From the IMG/VR virus record IMGVR_UViG_2842357229_000002, positions 300-64,299 of that record: a DNA stretch of 64,000 nucleotides; one strand, given 5' to 3'. Below the pieces are notes generated by a model that was not told the origin of the DNA, made no database searches, and worked only from the letters and a program-made list of their open reading frames with translations. The DNA is from a virus. Made by a program: the position numbers and the translations under genes. Below, one piece after another: positions 46,689-55,876 of this stretch (position 1 is the first letter of the stretch; each line of letters begins with the position of its first letter).

Positions 46689-47024
46689 TTAGGTGCGGAT
46701 GGGCGGAAAGCTGGATGGCACCTTACAAAGCCAGTGCGTCGGCTCGCCGTAGAACTTCCGGCGAGTCTGCATCCAGAAGGAGATGAACGGCGACTTTTCG
46801 CATATTTCAGTAAGGCCACCAAACATCCCGAAGCGTGCCGCAATGACTTCAATCCCCGGCTCTGTCGGGGCGCTGTCCATTGTCTTCCATACAGTATCCC
46901 CGCCGCCTTGTTGCTCGGCAACAATCGGGCGGTCGAAATATGGCCCATGGTCATCGCCAGTCAGGGCAGCAAGCTTCTCGCCGTCCGCAAGCAGGGCGGC
47001 TTGCATCTCTTGGTCTAAGGTCAT
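46689..47024 (-). CDS. Hypothetical protein
   Basis: 111 aa with overlap coupling; PTHW motif. Confidence 0.6.
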   Translation of the reverse strand: MTLDQEMQAALLADGEKLAALTGDDHGPYFDRPIVAEQQGGGDTVWKTMDSAPTEPGIEVIAARFGMFGGLTEICEKSPFISFWMQTRRKFYGEPTHWLCKVPSSFPPIRT

Positions 47025-47299
47025 GGCAGGTACTCCCGCAGGTCGACATGGTCGAGCTTTGAGTTGAATACCCCGCCATCTGAGTCCGTAAACGTGATGG
47101 CTTCGAGCACGTCTTGCCGTCCGCGCGCGTAAGCCAGTCGCGCAACAGCGGCCACTTCGGAAATGAGATCCTGCTTTTCAGCGGACACGTACGACAGCCC
47201 CATGCTGCGCTGGCGAGCATCTGCGGTCGCTGTGTATTTGGACGAGATGAAAGCATCCGCCATGTGGTGAAACTGGTCTTCGATCTTCCTAGCCATCAC
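47021..47299 (-). CDS. Hypothetical protein
   Basis: 92 aa with overlap coupling. Confidence 0.55.
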   Translation of the reverse strand: MMARKIEDQFHHMADAFISSKYTATADARQRSMGLSYVSAEKQDLISEVAAVARLAYARGRQDVLEAITFTDSDGGVFNSKLDHVDLREYLP

Positions 47300-48033
47300 G
47301 CAGCCCTCTTCTCTTCAACCACAGAAAACCCCGGAATCTTCCTAACACCAAAGCGCACATCGCTTGCGGCAAGCTCGCGCACCAGATCCTCAAATGCCCC
47401 TTGATGCGAACCCCAGTAGTGGTCCAACGCCTCATTGATGTCGACAAGATCGGCGCGGTAGGTTGTGCGCAGTCCGGTGCCAGTCGTTGCCGCCTTGAAG
47501 GTGCGGGTGGCGGTCTTTTCCAGGCGCTTGGCGTCTTGCAATAAGGATTCGGCTTCTTCGCGTGCCGCAAGGTTGCCGCTACTGGCGCGGATGGCCTCGG
47601 TAGCAGCAACCCTAGCCGCCTCTGCCGCAGCGGCCACCCTAGCCGCCTCTGCGGCCTTCTCCTGCGCAACCTTCGTGCGCCAAGGGGTGAGCAACGTGTC
47701 GAGCGTAGACTTGGCCAAATCGACCTTGCCGCGCTTCGGCTGGATGTAGACGTTGTAGCGATCTTGTATCGCCTTCACCTGCTCATCCAGCGGGCGCTTC
47801 TCCTCGACGCGCAAAGCATCGGCGCGCTTGCCAGCCTCATGAATTCCGTCGCGCAGTTTCTCGATGGCGTCATGCATTTCGGGCGACGTGATAGGCTCGC
47901 CGTCCGCCCAATGCTTGGCTTCTTCGAAGAGGTCGTTGATTTCTTGGCTGATGGCCTCGAAGGGGGGCTGATTATGGCCGATGGTGGCGATTGGCGTTGA
48001 GCCGGAAAGCTCGAGTGGATTGAAGGTGCTCAC
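47296..48033 (-). CDS. Conserved coiled-coil phage protein
   Basis: IGHNQPP N-terminus, long helix, C-terminal TGLRT...VRKIPGF.V.EE. Confidence 0.7.
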   Translation of the reverse strand: MSTFNPLELSGSTPIATIGHNQPPFEAISQEINDLFEEAKHWADGEPITSPEMHDAIEKLRDGIHEAGKRADALRVEEKRPLDEQVKAIQDRYNVYIQPKRGKVDLAKSTLDTLLTPWRTKVAQEKAAEAARVAAAAEAARVAATEAIRASSGNLAAREEAESLLQDAKRLEKTATRTFKAATTGTGLRTTYRADLVDINEALDHYWGSHQGAFEDLVRELAASDVRFGVRKIPGFSVVEEKRAA

Positions 48034-48494
48034 GACAGCGCCTCCACACCACTAACCAATTGACCACCAACCAATACAGCCGAAGGCGCGAACCCGCCGT
48101 TGGCGATACGCAGCCACGCCTCGTAACTTGCCGTCTGGCCGGCGAACGAGCTTGCGCTGGTCGCCACGAGCCATGTTGCCAACTCTTCCGGCGTTGCAAA
48201 GGCTGGCGAAATGGGTGTGCCTTCCGATGTATCTTCGTACATCATGAAGTGCGTACGCTGCTCATCTGGCCACGATGGCATATAGCCCTCGCGCTTTGGC
48301 GGGTCGCCGTAATAATCGATCGCCGCCTCCAGGCTTTCGTCGTTGGCCTTTTCCAACCAATCCTTTGCGGCCTCAGCATAGCTGCCGTTGAGCAACGGAA
48401 TGTAGCGCCCCACCGCGCGAGCGTGTGGCGCATTCTCTTCTGTGTATTTCGGATGCTGCCAATCAGCAGGCACTCTTCTGACTTCACGTCCCAT
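48030..48494 (-). CDS. Conserved hypothetical phage protein
   Basis: MGREVRRVPADWQHPK...YEDTSEGTPISP.FATPEELA; GAGGAGAC RBS. Confidence 0.7.
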   Translation of the reverse strand: MGREVRRVPADWQHPKYTEENAPHARAVGRYIPLLNGSYAEAAKDWLEKANDESLEAAIDYYGDPPKREGYMPSWPDEQRTHFMMYEDTSEGTPISPAFATPEELATWLVATSASSFAGQTASYEAWLRIANGGFAPSAVLVGGQLVSGVEALS

Positions 48495-48531
48495 AATCGT
48501 CTCCTCTATGTGGTGGTGCATTGGTGTTTCA

Positions 48532-48560
48532 AACTTGCTGTAAAGTTACAAATTTGTCAA
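48532..48560 (-). promoter_or_regulatory. Promoter with ACAAATTTGT operator
   Basis: TTGACA at 48560-48555; palindrome at 48548-48557. Confidence 0.7.
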
Positions 48561-48563
48561 GCC

Positions 48564-50252
48564 TCAATACGGAATTTCGTCCCGCTCCCAATCGGCGAGG
48601 TTATCATTCGCGGGTGGCGGTGCGTTGTCGTTGGCTGGTTCTAACTGGTGGTCGCCGACACGGTGAGCCATGACGTCGGGGTATTTAGGATTGCGGCTAT
48701 AATCTAGCTGCACTTCCGCGGTTTCCGCGACTTCGTGCTGGCGCTCGAGGAATTCAATGACATCCTTCGGAAACGGACGCCTGCCGCCATGCGCCAACCA
48801 CCATCGATCGGCTTTCGTTTTCGGGTAGCCAGTATGAGCGCAGCAAAGCCATTCGTTGACAGATTTTAGACCCACCATGTAGCTGACCTTCACGCTGTCT
48901 GGCTTACCCTCCTTGCCGGGATGATGCCGAAACGTCCTCTGCGAAACCGGATACCAAGGCTTTTCCGTAGACAGAACCGGAGCATCTGCCGCCTTGGCGG
49001 TAAGCTTTTCCTCCTCATTTGGCGTAAATTCATAGCCGCAGCACGTGCACTTCATCACCGAGATCAAAAGAATTTCATCGCAACCGAAATTGCCGTTTGC
49101 ATCCTTCTTGTCGGTAGGGCAAATCTTCTGAGGTGGTGTGCCGTCACCAGATCCAGGCGGCTTAGGCCGAATAAGATCGATCGGCCCGAATCGACTTAAA
49201 TTGTTCCCATGATCAAGCACCAGTCCGTCCGTCTTGCCCTCGCAAAGGCGGGTAACTCGCCCGATGATCTGGACGATAAGACCGGCGCTTTTCGTGCTTC
49301 GATAGATGGAGATCATATCAACGAACGGGTAATTCGCGCCGGTCGTCAGCATATTCACCGAAACCAATCCCCACACCTTACCGGAACGAAAGTCGGCAAT
49401 AATCCTGTCGTGCTCGCCGGGATTCTGGCTGGTCAGCAGTTCGCAAGTCTTGCCGTGGCGCCGCACCTCGCGACACACTTTCTCAGCATTTTCCTGGCTG
49501 ACGCAGAAGAACATGGCGGCGCGACGATTGCCGCCCTTGGCGATATCTTCAGCAACGCCATCGACAATGATCTTGTCGGCGGCATTAGACACATCCCCCG
49601 GCACGTACTCGCCGGCTCGCGTATGCATGCCTTTCAGGTCGATGACAGAATTGACGCTCTTGGTTGAGATCGGCGACAGATATCCTTTTTCGATTAGCTC
49701 GCCGATACCGATCTCGTAAACCACGTCGTCGAATAGCTTGCCCTCGCCCTCGGTAAGGCGACCAGAATCGGTGCGATAATCCGTGGCCGTCAGGCCGCAG
49801 ACACGGCTATCTGGATTGCGCTCCTTCACGCCAGCAAAGAACTTGCCGTAGAGAGTGTCGGCGTTCCTTGAAATCGCGTGGGCTTCATCCACGATTACAA
49901 GGTCAATGTCGCCGAGTTGGTCCGTCTTGTTGGCGACAGACTGAATGCCGCAAAACAGGACTTGCGCTCTAGCATCACGACGCCCAAGGCCGGCAGAGTA
50001 AATTCCTGCAGGAGCAAATGGCGACAAGCCAATGAATTCTTTGAAGTTCTGAGCTACCAGAGTTTTCGAATGAGTAATATTCAGGATGCGAATATCAGGA
50101 TAATCGGCAATCAACTCTTCTATTATTTTAGAAATAACTAATGCCTTGCCCGCCCCTGTCGGAAGCACGATAAGACCATTGCCGCCACCTTCCGCCCAAT
50201 ATTTATAGAGCGCGTCGATAGCGGATCGTTGATAATCTCGGAGCTCAAGCAC
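48564..50252 (-). CDS. SF2 DEAD/DEAH helicase (RadD/UvsW-like) with C-terminal Zn ribbon
   Basis: LRDYQ, PTGAGK, DEAH, GLTAT, QIIGRVTR, CTCCG. Confidence 0.9.
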   Translation of the reverse strand: MLELRDYQRSAIDALYKYWAEGGGNGLIVLPTGAGKALVISKIIEELIADYPDIRILNITHSKTLVAQNFKEFIGLSPFAPAGIYSAGLGRRDARAQVLFCGIQSVANKTDQLGDIDLVIVDEAHAISRNADTLYGKFFAGVKERNPDSRVCGLTATDYRTDSGRLTEGEGKLFDDVVYEIGIGELIEKGYLSPISTKSVNSVIDLKGMHTRAGEYVPGDVSNAADKIIVDGVAEDIAKGGNRRAAMFFCVSQENAEKVCREVRRHGKTCELLTSQNPGEHDRIIADFRSGKVWGLVSVNMLTTGANYPFVDMISIYRSTKSAGLIVQIIGRVTRLCEGKTDGLVLDHGNNLSRFGPIDLIRPKPPGSGDGTPPQKICPTDKKDANGNFGCDEILLISVMKCTCCGYEFTPNEEEKLTAKAADAPVLSTEKPWYPVSQRTFRHHPGKEGKPDSVKVSYMVGLKSVNEWLCCAHTGYPKTKADRWWLAHGGRRPFPKDVIEFLERQHEVAETAEVQLDYSRNPKYPDVMAHRVGDHQLEPANDNAPPPANDNLADWERDEIPY

Positions 50253-50595
50253 GAGACACCTCCTCAAACGGAATGCCGGCATCGGCCAGCCTACGCCGCA
50301 TGTCAGCCGTGCCCGTGCCACCAGGAAACACGAGACCGTAATCGGGCTTGCCGTCATCAATCATCCATTGATTGCGGATGCTGCCCGCAGATTTGCCGAG
50401 GTTGTCCCAATCCGCTGGATATTTATCAACGGTCACGCCGCGACGAAACGCCCAATGGGCGGCTCGCTTATCCAGCCCGCTTGCCTCGCCCTCAATCAAA
50501 ACAGAGATTGGGCGGCGCGCATGCAACTCGTCGAGTGCCGCGAAGATGCGTGCCATGTCCGTGTAGTCGCGTCCACCCGTTACAACTAATCGCAT
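50245..50595 (-). CDS. DUF2493 / YspA-like SLOG family protein
   Basis: MRLVVTGGRDY...GEASGLD...ADW..GKSAG.IRN..M...FPGGTGTADM. Confidence 0.85.
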   Translation of the reverse strand: MRLVVTGGRDYTDMARIFAALDELHARRPISVLIEGEASGLDKRAAHWAFRRGVTVDKYPADWDNLGKSAGSIRNQWMIDDGKPDYGLVFPGGTGTADMRRRLADAGIPFEEVSRA

Positions 50596-50858
50596 CACCC
50601 ACACTCCCGCTCATACTTCTCCCGCACATCATCGCGCGCCTGCTCGGCCGCCATAGACTGCGCGAGCCGGATTGCATTAGCGCGCACCACAATCCAGCCG
50701 GCGGCACGCAACGCGGCTAGCTGGTCGACCGTGATGATGTCGCGTGGGTGGAGGTTGTCGTTGGCTGGACGTGGTTTGGCACCAGTGCGAGGAGGGGACG
50801 GCCTGCCGACTGACCCAGTTGTTACTGGCGAAAAGCTAATCATCACCGGCCCGCTCAC
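50595..50858 (-). CDS. Hypothetical protein
   Basis: 87 aa, coupled; contains ANDN. Confidence 0.55.
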   Translation of the reverse strand: MSGPVMISFSPVTTGSVGRPSPPRTGAKPRPANDNLHPRDIITVDQLAALRAAGWIVVRANAIRLAQSMAAEQARDDVREKYERECG

Positions 50859-51316
50859 GCCGCCGCCCTCACGTACTCACGACGAAACGCCGTAATCTTC
50901 TGGTGTACGCGCTGCCGGCTCACGCCGTGCATCGTGGCGATTTCCTCGCTCGTGTGGCCCGACGCTACCAGCCGCATGACATCGGCGTGTGGGCTGCCCT
51001 CCACGGCCCGCAGTAAGGCAGACACAACAACGTCGCCTTCCTGCGACGGCTGGATGGCGATGTTATCCATGTCGGCGCCGGTTGCCACCGGTCGGCGCCG
51101 CTCCTCAAACGCAACGTTTCGCATCTGGTAGACAAGCCAGCCGCCGAGGTTCTTTTCAGGGTTGTAGGAACGCCAGTAGCGCAGCCCGCGCTCGATTGTA
51201 GACTGCACGAGGTCTTCTTGCTGGCCGTTAGGCGCGAGGCGGGCAGCTACGTGGCGCAGTCTCGGCATGTAGGCTAGGACGCGCTTGTCGAATTCAGGTG
51301 GGCGGTCGTTGGTCAT
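50855..51316 (-). CDS. ECF-like sigma-70 family factor
   Basis: Region 2 (EDLVQ.T..R......Y.....LGGWL...RN) and region 4 HTH (SEEIATMHGVSRQRVHQ). Confidence 0.8.
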   Translation of the reverse strand: MTNDRPPEFDKRVLAYMPRLRHVAARLAPNGQQEDLVQSTIERGLRYWRSYNPEKNLGGWLVYQMRNVAFEERRRPVATGADMDNIAIQPSQEGDVVVSALLRAVEGSPHADVMRLVASGHTSEEIATMHGVSRQRVHQKITAFRREYVRAAA

Positions 51317-51379
51317 ATTATCTCCTCTTGTGGTGGTTGGCTGGTGAGGCCGAGTCCGAAAAATGTATATAAAAAGTGG

Positions 51380-52315
51380 TCAGTTGGCGTTGGTGGCGCC
51401 GTCAATGAATATGTCACCAGTAGGTGACCGATAAGTAATCGTCTCCTCGGCTTCCGAGCAGTCGATCTGCTCATATCCAACAAGCATCGCCGGGATATAC
51501 AGATGAGCCGGACAACCAGCGTCTTGTTCCGCCAGCGAAAGCGGCTTGCTCCATCTGGAACAATCCCAACCGGCGTGGCCATCAAGCAGGGCGGATGCGT
51601 GGATGCACGTACGACAATGGGCGCGCGGCAGCTCCTCTCCCCAGCAAACCGCAGCCTGTCGGCAGAATGTGCCGCGGAAATCGTCACGCTTGCTGCACAG
51701 ACGCGATGGCGGCTCTGGCATGTTGATAATGCGTTCGATTTTGGCGACCTGGCGGATGGCAAAATCGGCGTCGTAAGGCACGCGCTCGAAATGTAGATCC
51801 TCGTCGTTCTTGTTCGACATCATGTAGTAGACGCGATCGACTCCTGTCCCAAACATATAGAACTGGAACGTCGCATAGTGCTCGGGCTTACCGACCTTGA
51901 CGCCGTGCTTCTTTACCTTCCTGAAGATGTCGTCCTTTGCGCTCTTGCACTCGACGATATGCTCCTTGGTGGGCGCCTCAATGATGCCGAGGGCGCGACC
52001 GTCAATCTTCCCGCGAAGGTGGCCGCCGGCCGCCCTAACGCGGTCTTGCTGGCCCCACACCTGAACGTCGACGAGCCGCAACAGGTCAAGCAGTCGCTCT
52101 TCCTCGATATTGCCTCGCTCGAAGATGCGGCGCTTGCGCCACGTGATTACTTCCGGAACTGACGCGCGCCGGAAGGCAAACCAGATTTGTCGATCGCACT
52201 CGAGGCCGATGTCGCCAGCCGGCACGCCGACGGATTCCCATTCGTCGCCGCTGGCGGCGAGTGCCTCGTGGACGGCGCGGAGCGTGCTTGGCGTTGGGCG
52301 CGGGATTGGTGCCAA
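51380..52315 (-). CDS. Cas4-like PD-(D/E)xK exonuclease
   Basis: ECDRQIW, GKIDG, ECKS, QFYM and C-terminal Cys cluster (FCRQ..VC...CRTC). Confidence 0.8.
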   Translation of the reverse strand: MAPIPRPTPSTLRAVHEALAASGDEWESVGVPAGDIGLECDRQIWFAFRRASVPEVITWRKRRIFERGNIEEERLLDLLRLVDVQVWGQQDRVRAAGGHLRGKIDGRALGIIEAPTKEHIVECKSAKDDIFRKVKKHGVKVGKPEHYATFQFYMFGTGVDRVYYMMSNKNDEDLHFERVPYDADFAIRQVAKIERIINMPEPPSRLCSKRDDFRGTFCRQAAVCWGEELPRAHCRTCIHASALLDGHAGWDCSRWSKPLSLAEQDAGCPAHLYIPAMLVGYEQIDCSEAEETITYRSPTGDIFIDGATNAN

Positions 52316-52316
52316 T

Positions 52317-52580
52317 TTAAAACATCTCCTTGGTAGCCAAGCATCGTGCCGGATTGGCTGAATCTTCCTTGAAAGCTAGGCAGGCCGGCTTGCCTTCGCG
52401 ATAGACCCACTCGTCAACCGGATAGACGGACGCGCGCGAAAGGATGTTGCAGCTACCCTCAACATCATTGCCGAACTCGTCTTCCCAGTTCTCGCCCTTT
52501 TCGTGGATGCAATGAGCACACCAAGAGCGCTCGAATTGAGCGCCCTCAGTTGCGTTTGCTGGGTAGTATTGGCCGGTCAT
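52317..52580 (-). CDS. Hypothetical Cys-rich protein
   Basis: YYPANATEG..F...WCAHC...C. Confidence 0.65.
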   Translation of the reverse strand: MTGQYYPANATEGAQFERSWCAHCIHEKGENWEDEFGNDVEGSCNILSRASVYPVDEWVYREGKPACLAFKEDSANPARCLATKEMF

Positions 52581-52858
52581 GACGCCGCCGAGAACAACGG
52601 CGATGACTGCAGCGCAGACTGGTGGCCGCGAACGTCATCCTTCATGACGTAGGTGGTCCAAAGCTCGCGGCCGCCGCGTGTGACAGGATGCATCTCTTGG
52701 ATGTTGAAGTTCACATCGTCGATACTGTCTGCATCGATGTCGAAGTCGTCGCGGTTCACTTCGGCTTCGACGGTGGCCTCTGCGGCCTCCATCGATTCTG
52801 CTTCGATTGTCCGACAAGACCGGCCTTGAAACGTGTAGTCGACCATGAATTTTGGCAT
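52577..52858 (-). CDS. Hypothetical protein
   Basis: 93 aa, coupled. Confidence 0.6.
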   Translation of the reverse strand: MPKFMVDYTFQGRSCRTIEAESMEAAEATVEAEVNRDDFDIDADSIDDVNFNIQEMHPVTRGGRELWTTYVMKDDVRGHQSALQSSPLFSAAS

Positions 52859-52861
52859 CGC

Positions 52862-53926
52862 CTAGACCCTCATCGGCATCAAGACGGCCAGCAGGTTCTC
52901 GGCCTTCTCAGACGTAAACACGGCCGGAGAACCGCTGTCGGCCAAGGCCAGGGTGATATCGCCGGCCGGGAAGATGCCGATGAGTTCGGCGAGGTAGGCC
53001 GCATTAAAGCCGATCTCGATAGGGTCGCCATCGTAGGAGACGACGATTTCATCCGATGCACTGCCCGAATCCGGATTGCTCACGTCCAGCGTCGCTTTGC
53101 CATCAGCGAACGAGAGTTTGACAGCCCTACCGCGCTCAGAGGAAATGACGCTGACGCGGCCCGATGCCTGGCGCATTTCATCGCTGCCGAAGACAATTTT
53201 CTTATCATTGCCCGTCGGAATGACGCGCTGATAGTCTGGGAACGTGCCATCGATCAGTTTGCTGGTGAGCACGAAGTCGCCGGCAGCAATGCGGATCTTC
53301 GCTTCCGAGACTGACACGTTGACTGTGCCCTTGGGAACGACGCCAACCGCCTTGCGGGGTACGATAACGCCCTTAAAGGCATCCTCACCAGTGTACGGCA
53401 TTTGGTGGCGCGAAAGCCGGTGGCCATCCGTCGATACGGCGCGAATGAACTGGTCTTGGAGGTGGATGAACACGCCGTTCAGATAATAGCGTGTCTCCTC
53501 GGTCGACATGGCGAAAGCAACCGGCGCCAGAAGCGCGGCCAGATCAATGTCGAAGGTGGCGTCGAACTTGCCGCCATCCAGAGAAGGAAAGTCAGCAGCT
53601 GCCAGCGTAGGCAACGCAAACCGGCTACGGCCTGATTTTACGACAAGGCGATCAGCTTCCAGGCTGATTGAGATATCGCCGCCGGCCTTTTTGGAGATGT
53701 CCTGCAGAAGCTTGGCGTCGACGCAGATGCTGCCTGGCTCGCTTACGTCCGCAGGCGCGGTGTCGGTCGCGACGATATCGAGATCCGTGCCCGTGACGCG
53801 CAGCGTGCCGTTGTCGGCATGCAGAAGCACGTTGCCAAGGATCGGGATGGTGTTTCTTGACTCGATGACGCGGCCGACGTTGGTCAGCACGCGCGCGAGG
53901 TCTGATTTGGGGATGGTGAGTTTCAT
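52862..53926 (-). CDS. dnaN: DNA polymerase III beta sliding clamp, phage copy
   Basis: RNTIPILGNVLL, GTDLD, STEETRYYLNG, STDGHRL, LIDGTFPDYQRVIP, IGFNAAYL, VLMPMRV. Confidence 0.95.
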   Translation of the reverse strand: MKLTIPKSDLARVLTNVGRVIESRNTIPILGNVLLHADNGTLRVTGTDLDIVATDTAPADVSEPGSICVDAKLLQDISKKAGGDISISLEADRLVVKSGRSRFALPTLAAADFPSLDGGKFDATFDIDLAALLAPVAFAMSTEETRYYLNGVFIHLQDQFIRAVSTDGHRLSRHQMPYTGEDAFKGVIVPRKAVGVVPKGTVNVSVSEAKIRIAAGDFVLTSKLIDGTFPDYQRVIPTGNDKKIVFGSDEMRQASGRVSVISSERGRAVKLSFADGKATLDVSNPDSGSASDEIVVSYDGDPIEIGFNAAYLAELIGIFPAGDITLALADSGSPAVFTSEKAENLLAVLMPMRV

Positions 53927-54002
53927 GGTGGTGGTCTCCTCTGGTAGTGGATACGCTGGTGGTGGGGTTGCCGCATGGTTGGTGGCCATGCGGCGGTAGG
54001 GG

Positions 54003-54857
54003 TTAGGCGGCGAGGCCGAGCAACGAGAACGGCGAAGACCGATCGCGAGCCGGCGGCTCATAATCTACGGGGTAGCCTAAGCCATCCTCGCCTTCGTCAA
54101 AGCGGCTTGCGTCGAACGCCTCGCCCTTGAGTTCCGCCAATTTCTTCTGCATGCCGATTGCGTAGCTCGGTTGCGCCTCGTTGTCGTTGGCAATGAACGT
54201 GTCGCGACCGTCTTCCGTGACCGTCAGCGCCTCAATGGCTGCGTCGAGCGAGAATTCCTTGTCCTCGCCAGCCAAGACGACCTTTTCGCCATAGGCGCCG
54301 CCGATTTGGTCTTTCAGTTCCTCCCAAGTGTCGATTTTCACTTTGCGGCTGGCCAGTGCAATCTTGAGGATGTCACCCTTGCCGATGGTATAGCCGCGAT
54401 CTTGATATTTCAGAACGCGCGTAGCCGACGCCAGCGGATATCGCGTGCCAGGATGGAAGCGAAGGAAGCGTTGCGAGTTGTGTTTCAGGAAGTCATCATG
54501 GAATGCGAATTCGCCGTTGTCGAAGTCGTAAGCACCCATGACGACCGTGAAGTCGAACGCATCGAAGATGGCCTGCGCAGTCGGGAAGAAGTCGAAGTGC
54601 ATGAACTGGATAGGTGTGCCGCCCCCACTGTTCACGAATGTAACGGCGCGCTTGGTTGTCGACACGCACCACATGCTTTCTTCATAGGCTTGCGCGACTG
54701 CATACTCGAAAGCCTCACGACTCTTGAAATAGACGTCTACATCGTTGATGTCCTTGCCAGCGAACACACTGGTAACCGCTCCGCCGGCTGCGAAAGCGCC
54801 GGGGATCGGGTAGCACTTTTCGGTAATCTTGCGGGCTTCTGCTCTGTAATCGGTCAT
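54003..54857 (-). CDS. Pol-beta-superfamily nucleotidyltransferase (CCA/poly(A) polymerase head-like)
   Basis: AAGGAV...DINDVDVYF; FDFTVVMGAY. Confidence 0.7.
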   Translation of the reverse strand: MTDYRAEARKITEKCYPIPGAFAAGGAVTSVFAGKDINDVDVYFKSREAFEYAVAQAYEESMWCVSTTKRAVTFVNSGGGTPIQFMHFDFFPTAQAIFDAFDFTVVMGAYDFDNGEFAFHDDFLKHNSQRFLRFHPGTRYPLASATRVLKYQDRGYTIGKGDILKIALASRKVKIDTWEELKDQIGGAYGEKVVLAGEDKEFSLDAAIEALTVTEDGRDTFIANDNEAQPSYAIGMQKKLAELKGEAFDASRFDEGEDGLGYPVDYEPPARDRSSPFSLLGLAA

Positions 54858-54916
54858 ATTAGTCTCCTCTTGTGTGGTGAAGTGGCGGGCCGCTGGTGAC
54901 GACCCGCCGGTTTATT

Positions 54917-55507
54917 TTACTTGGAGCCCCATGGGCGGCGACCACTCGGCGCCGCCGCTGCGGCAGCCGGACGTGCAGCCTGGCGGTTGTCGTTTGCTGC
55001 CGGTGCCCGATTGTCGTTTGCTGCGGCAGGCTTCTCGTCGTCAGGCTGGATTGCGTCGATGCCGAGTTCCGGCAACTCCTCGTCTGGGAAGAAGTATCGC
55101 TTGATCTCGGCACGGCCTGGATATTCCTTGCCATCCTTGCCGACCGACGGCTTGCCGCGACCAACCTTGGCGACGAAAGCCATGAAGTGGAGCTCTTCGG
55201 AATCTTCGACCGACGTTACGCCGATGGCGCGGCAAAGGCTGGCGAACTGCTTCTGTCCGATTTCCTGCGCCTGCGGATTTGCATTTTCGAGATTGTAGTT
55301 GTTGTTGAAGATCTTTCGGCCTTTGTATTCCTCCGGCTCGACGACCGTGACCGTCGTTGCCAAGTATGTGCCAGTGCCTTTGCTGGTCGGCTTCACTTCC
55401 GATGCCTCGATCTCAAGGCGAAAGATTCCGTTCGGCAGTTCGCCTGCGAATTCTCTCTGCGTGGTGTCATGCTGCGTAGCGTCAAAAGATGTAGAAAGTT
55501 TAGCCAA
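54917..55507 (-). CDS. DUF669 ssDNA-binding-like protein
   Basis: ELPNG.F...I.ASEVK.T..G.G.YL...GRKIF.N.NL.N...A..IG; start at TTG 55507 behind a GGAGA RBS. Confidence 0.8.
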   Translation of the reverse strand: MAKLSTSFDATQHDTTQREFAGELPNGIFRLEIEASEVKPTSKGTGTYLATTVTVVEPEEYKGRKIFNNNYNLENANPQAQEIGQKQFASLCRAIGVTSVEDSEELHFMAFVAKVGRGKPSVGKDGKEYPGRAEIKRYFFPDEELPELGIDAIQPDDEKPAAANDNRAPAANDNRQAARPAAAAAAPSGRRPWGSK

Positions 55508-55681
55508 TTTTAGTCTCCTTCTGTGGTGGTTAGTTGGTGAGTGCGTAGTAGCGCCAAGCGCCGCTACCGTATGCGGTGTGCGCACATTCGCGCAGCACGT
55601 ATTCAAGCCACGCCCAACGACTGCCGTTGCGCGTTTTGACGACGACGGGATGCCAGGCAAACCATTGCTCTTGGTGGAACA

Positions 55682-55876
55682 TCAGGCGGCCTCCTTCGAA
55701 AGCTCCTTAGCTTTCATTGTTGCCAGCCGCTTGTCTGCGAACTCCAACGGCTTGTTGTCGTTGGTGACGGTTGCCCATAAGCCGCGCTCGACCTCAGCTA
55801 CGAGGGTGAACTTGCCGCCGCTTAGGGCAACTTTGTGCTTGCGGCCTTGGACGGGGTTGCAGGTGAAGGCGGTCAT
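55682..55876 (-). CDS. Hypothetical protein
   Basis: 64 aa, coupled. Confidence 0.55.
   Translation of the reverse strand: MTAFTCNPVQGRKHKVALSGGKFTLVAEVERGLWATVTNDNKPLEFADKRLATMKAKELSKEAA

Noticed and set aside
51380-52315. CRISPR-Cas locus suggested by a Cas4-like gene
   Set aside because: No cas1, cas2, effector genes or array; solo Cas4-like nucleases are common in phage recombination modules
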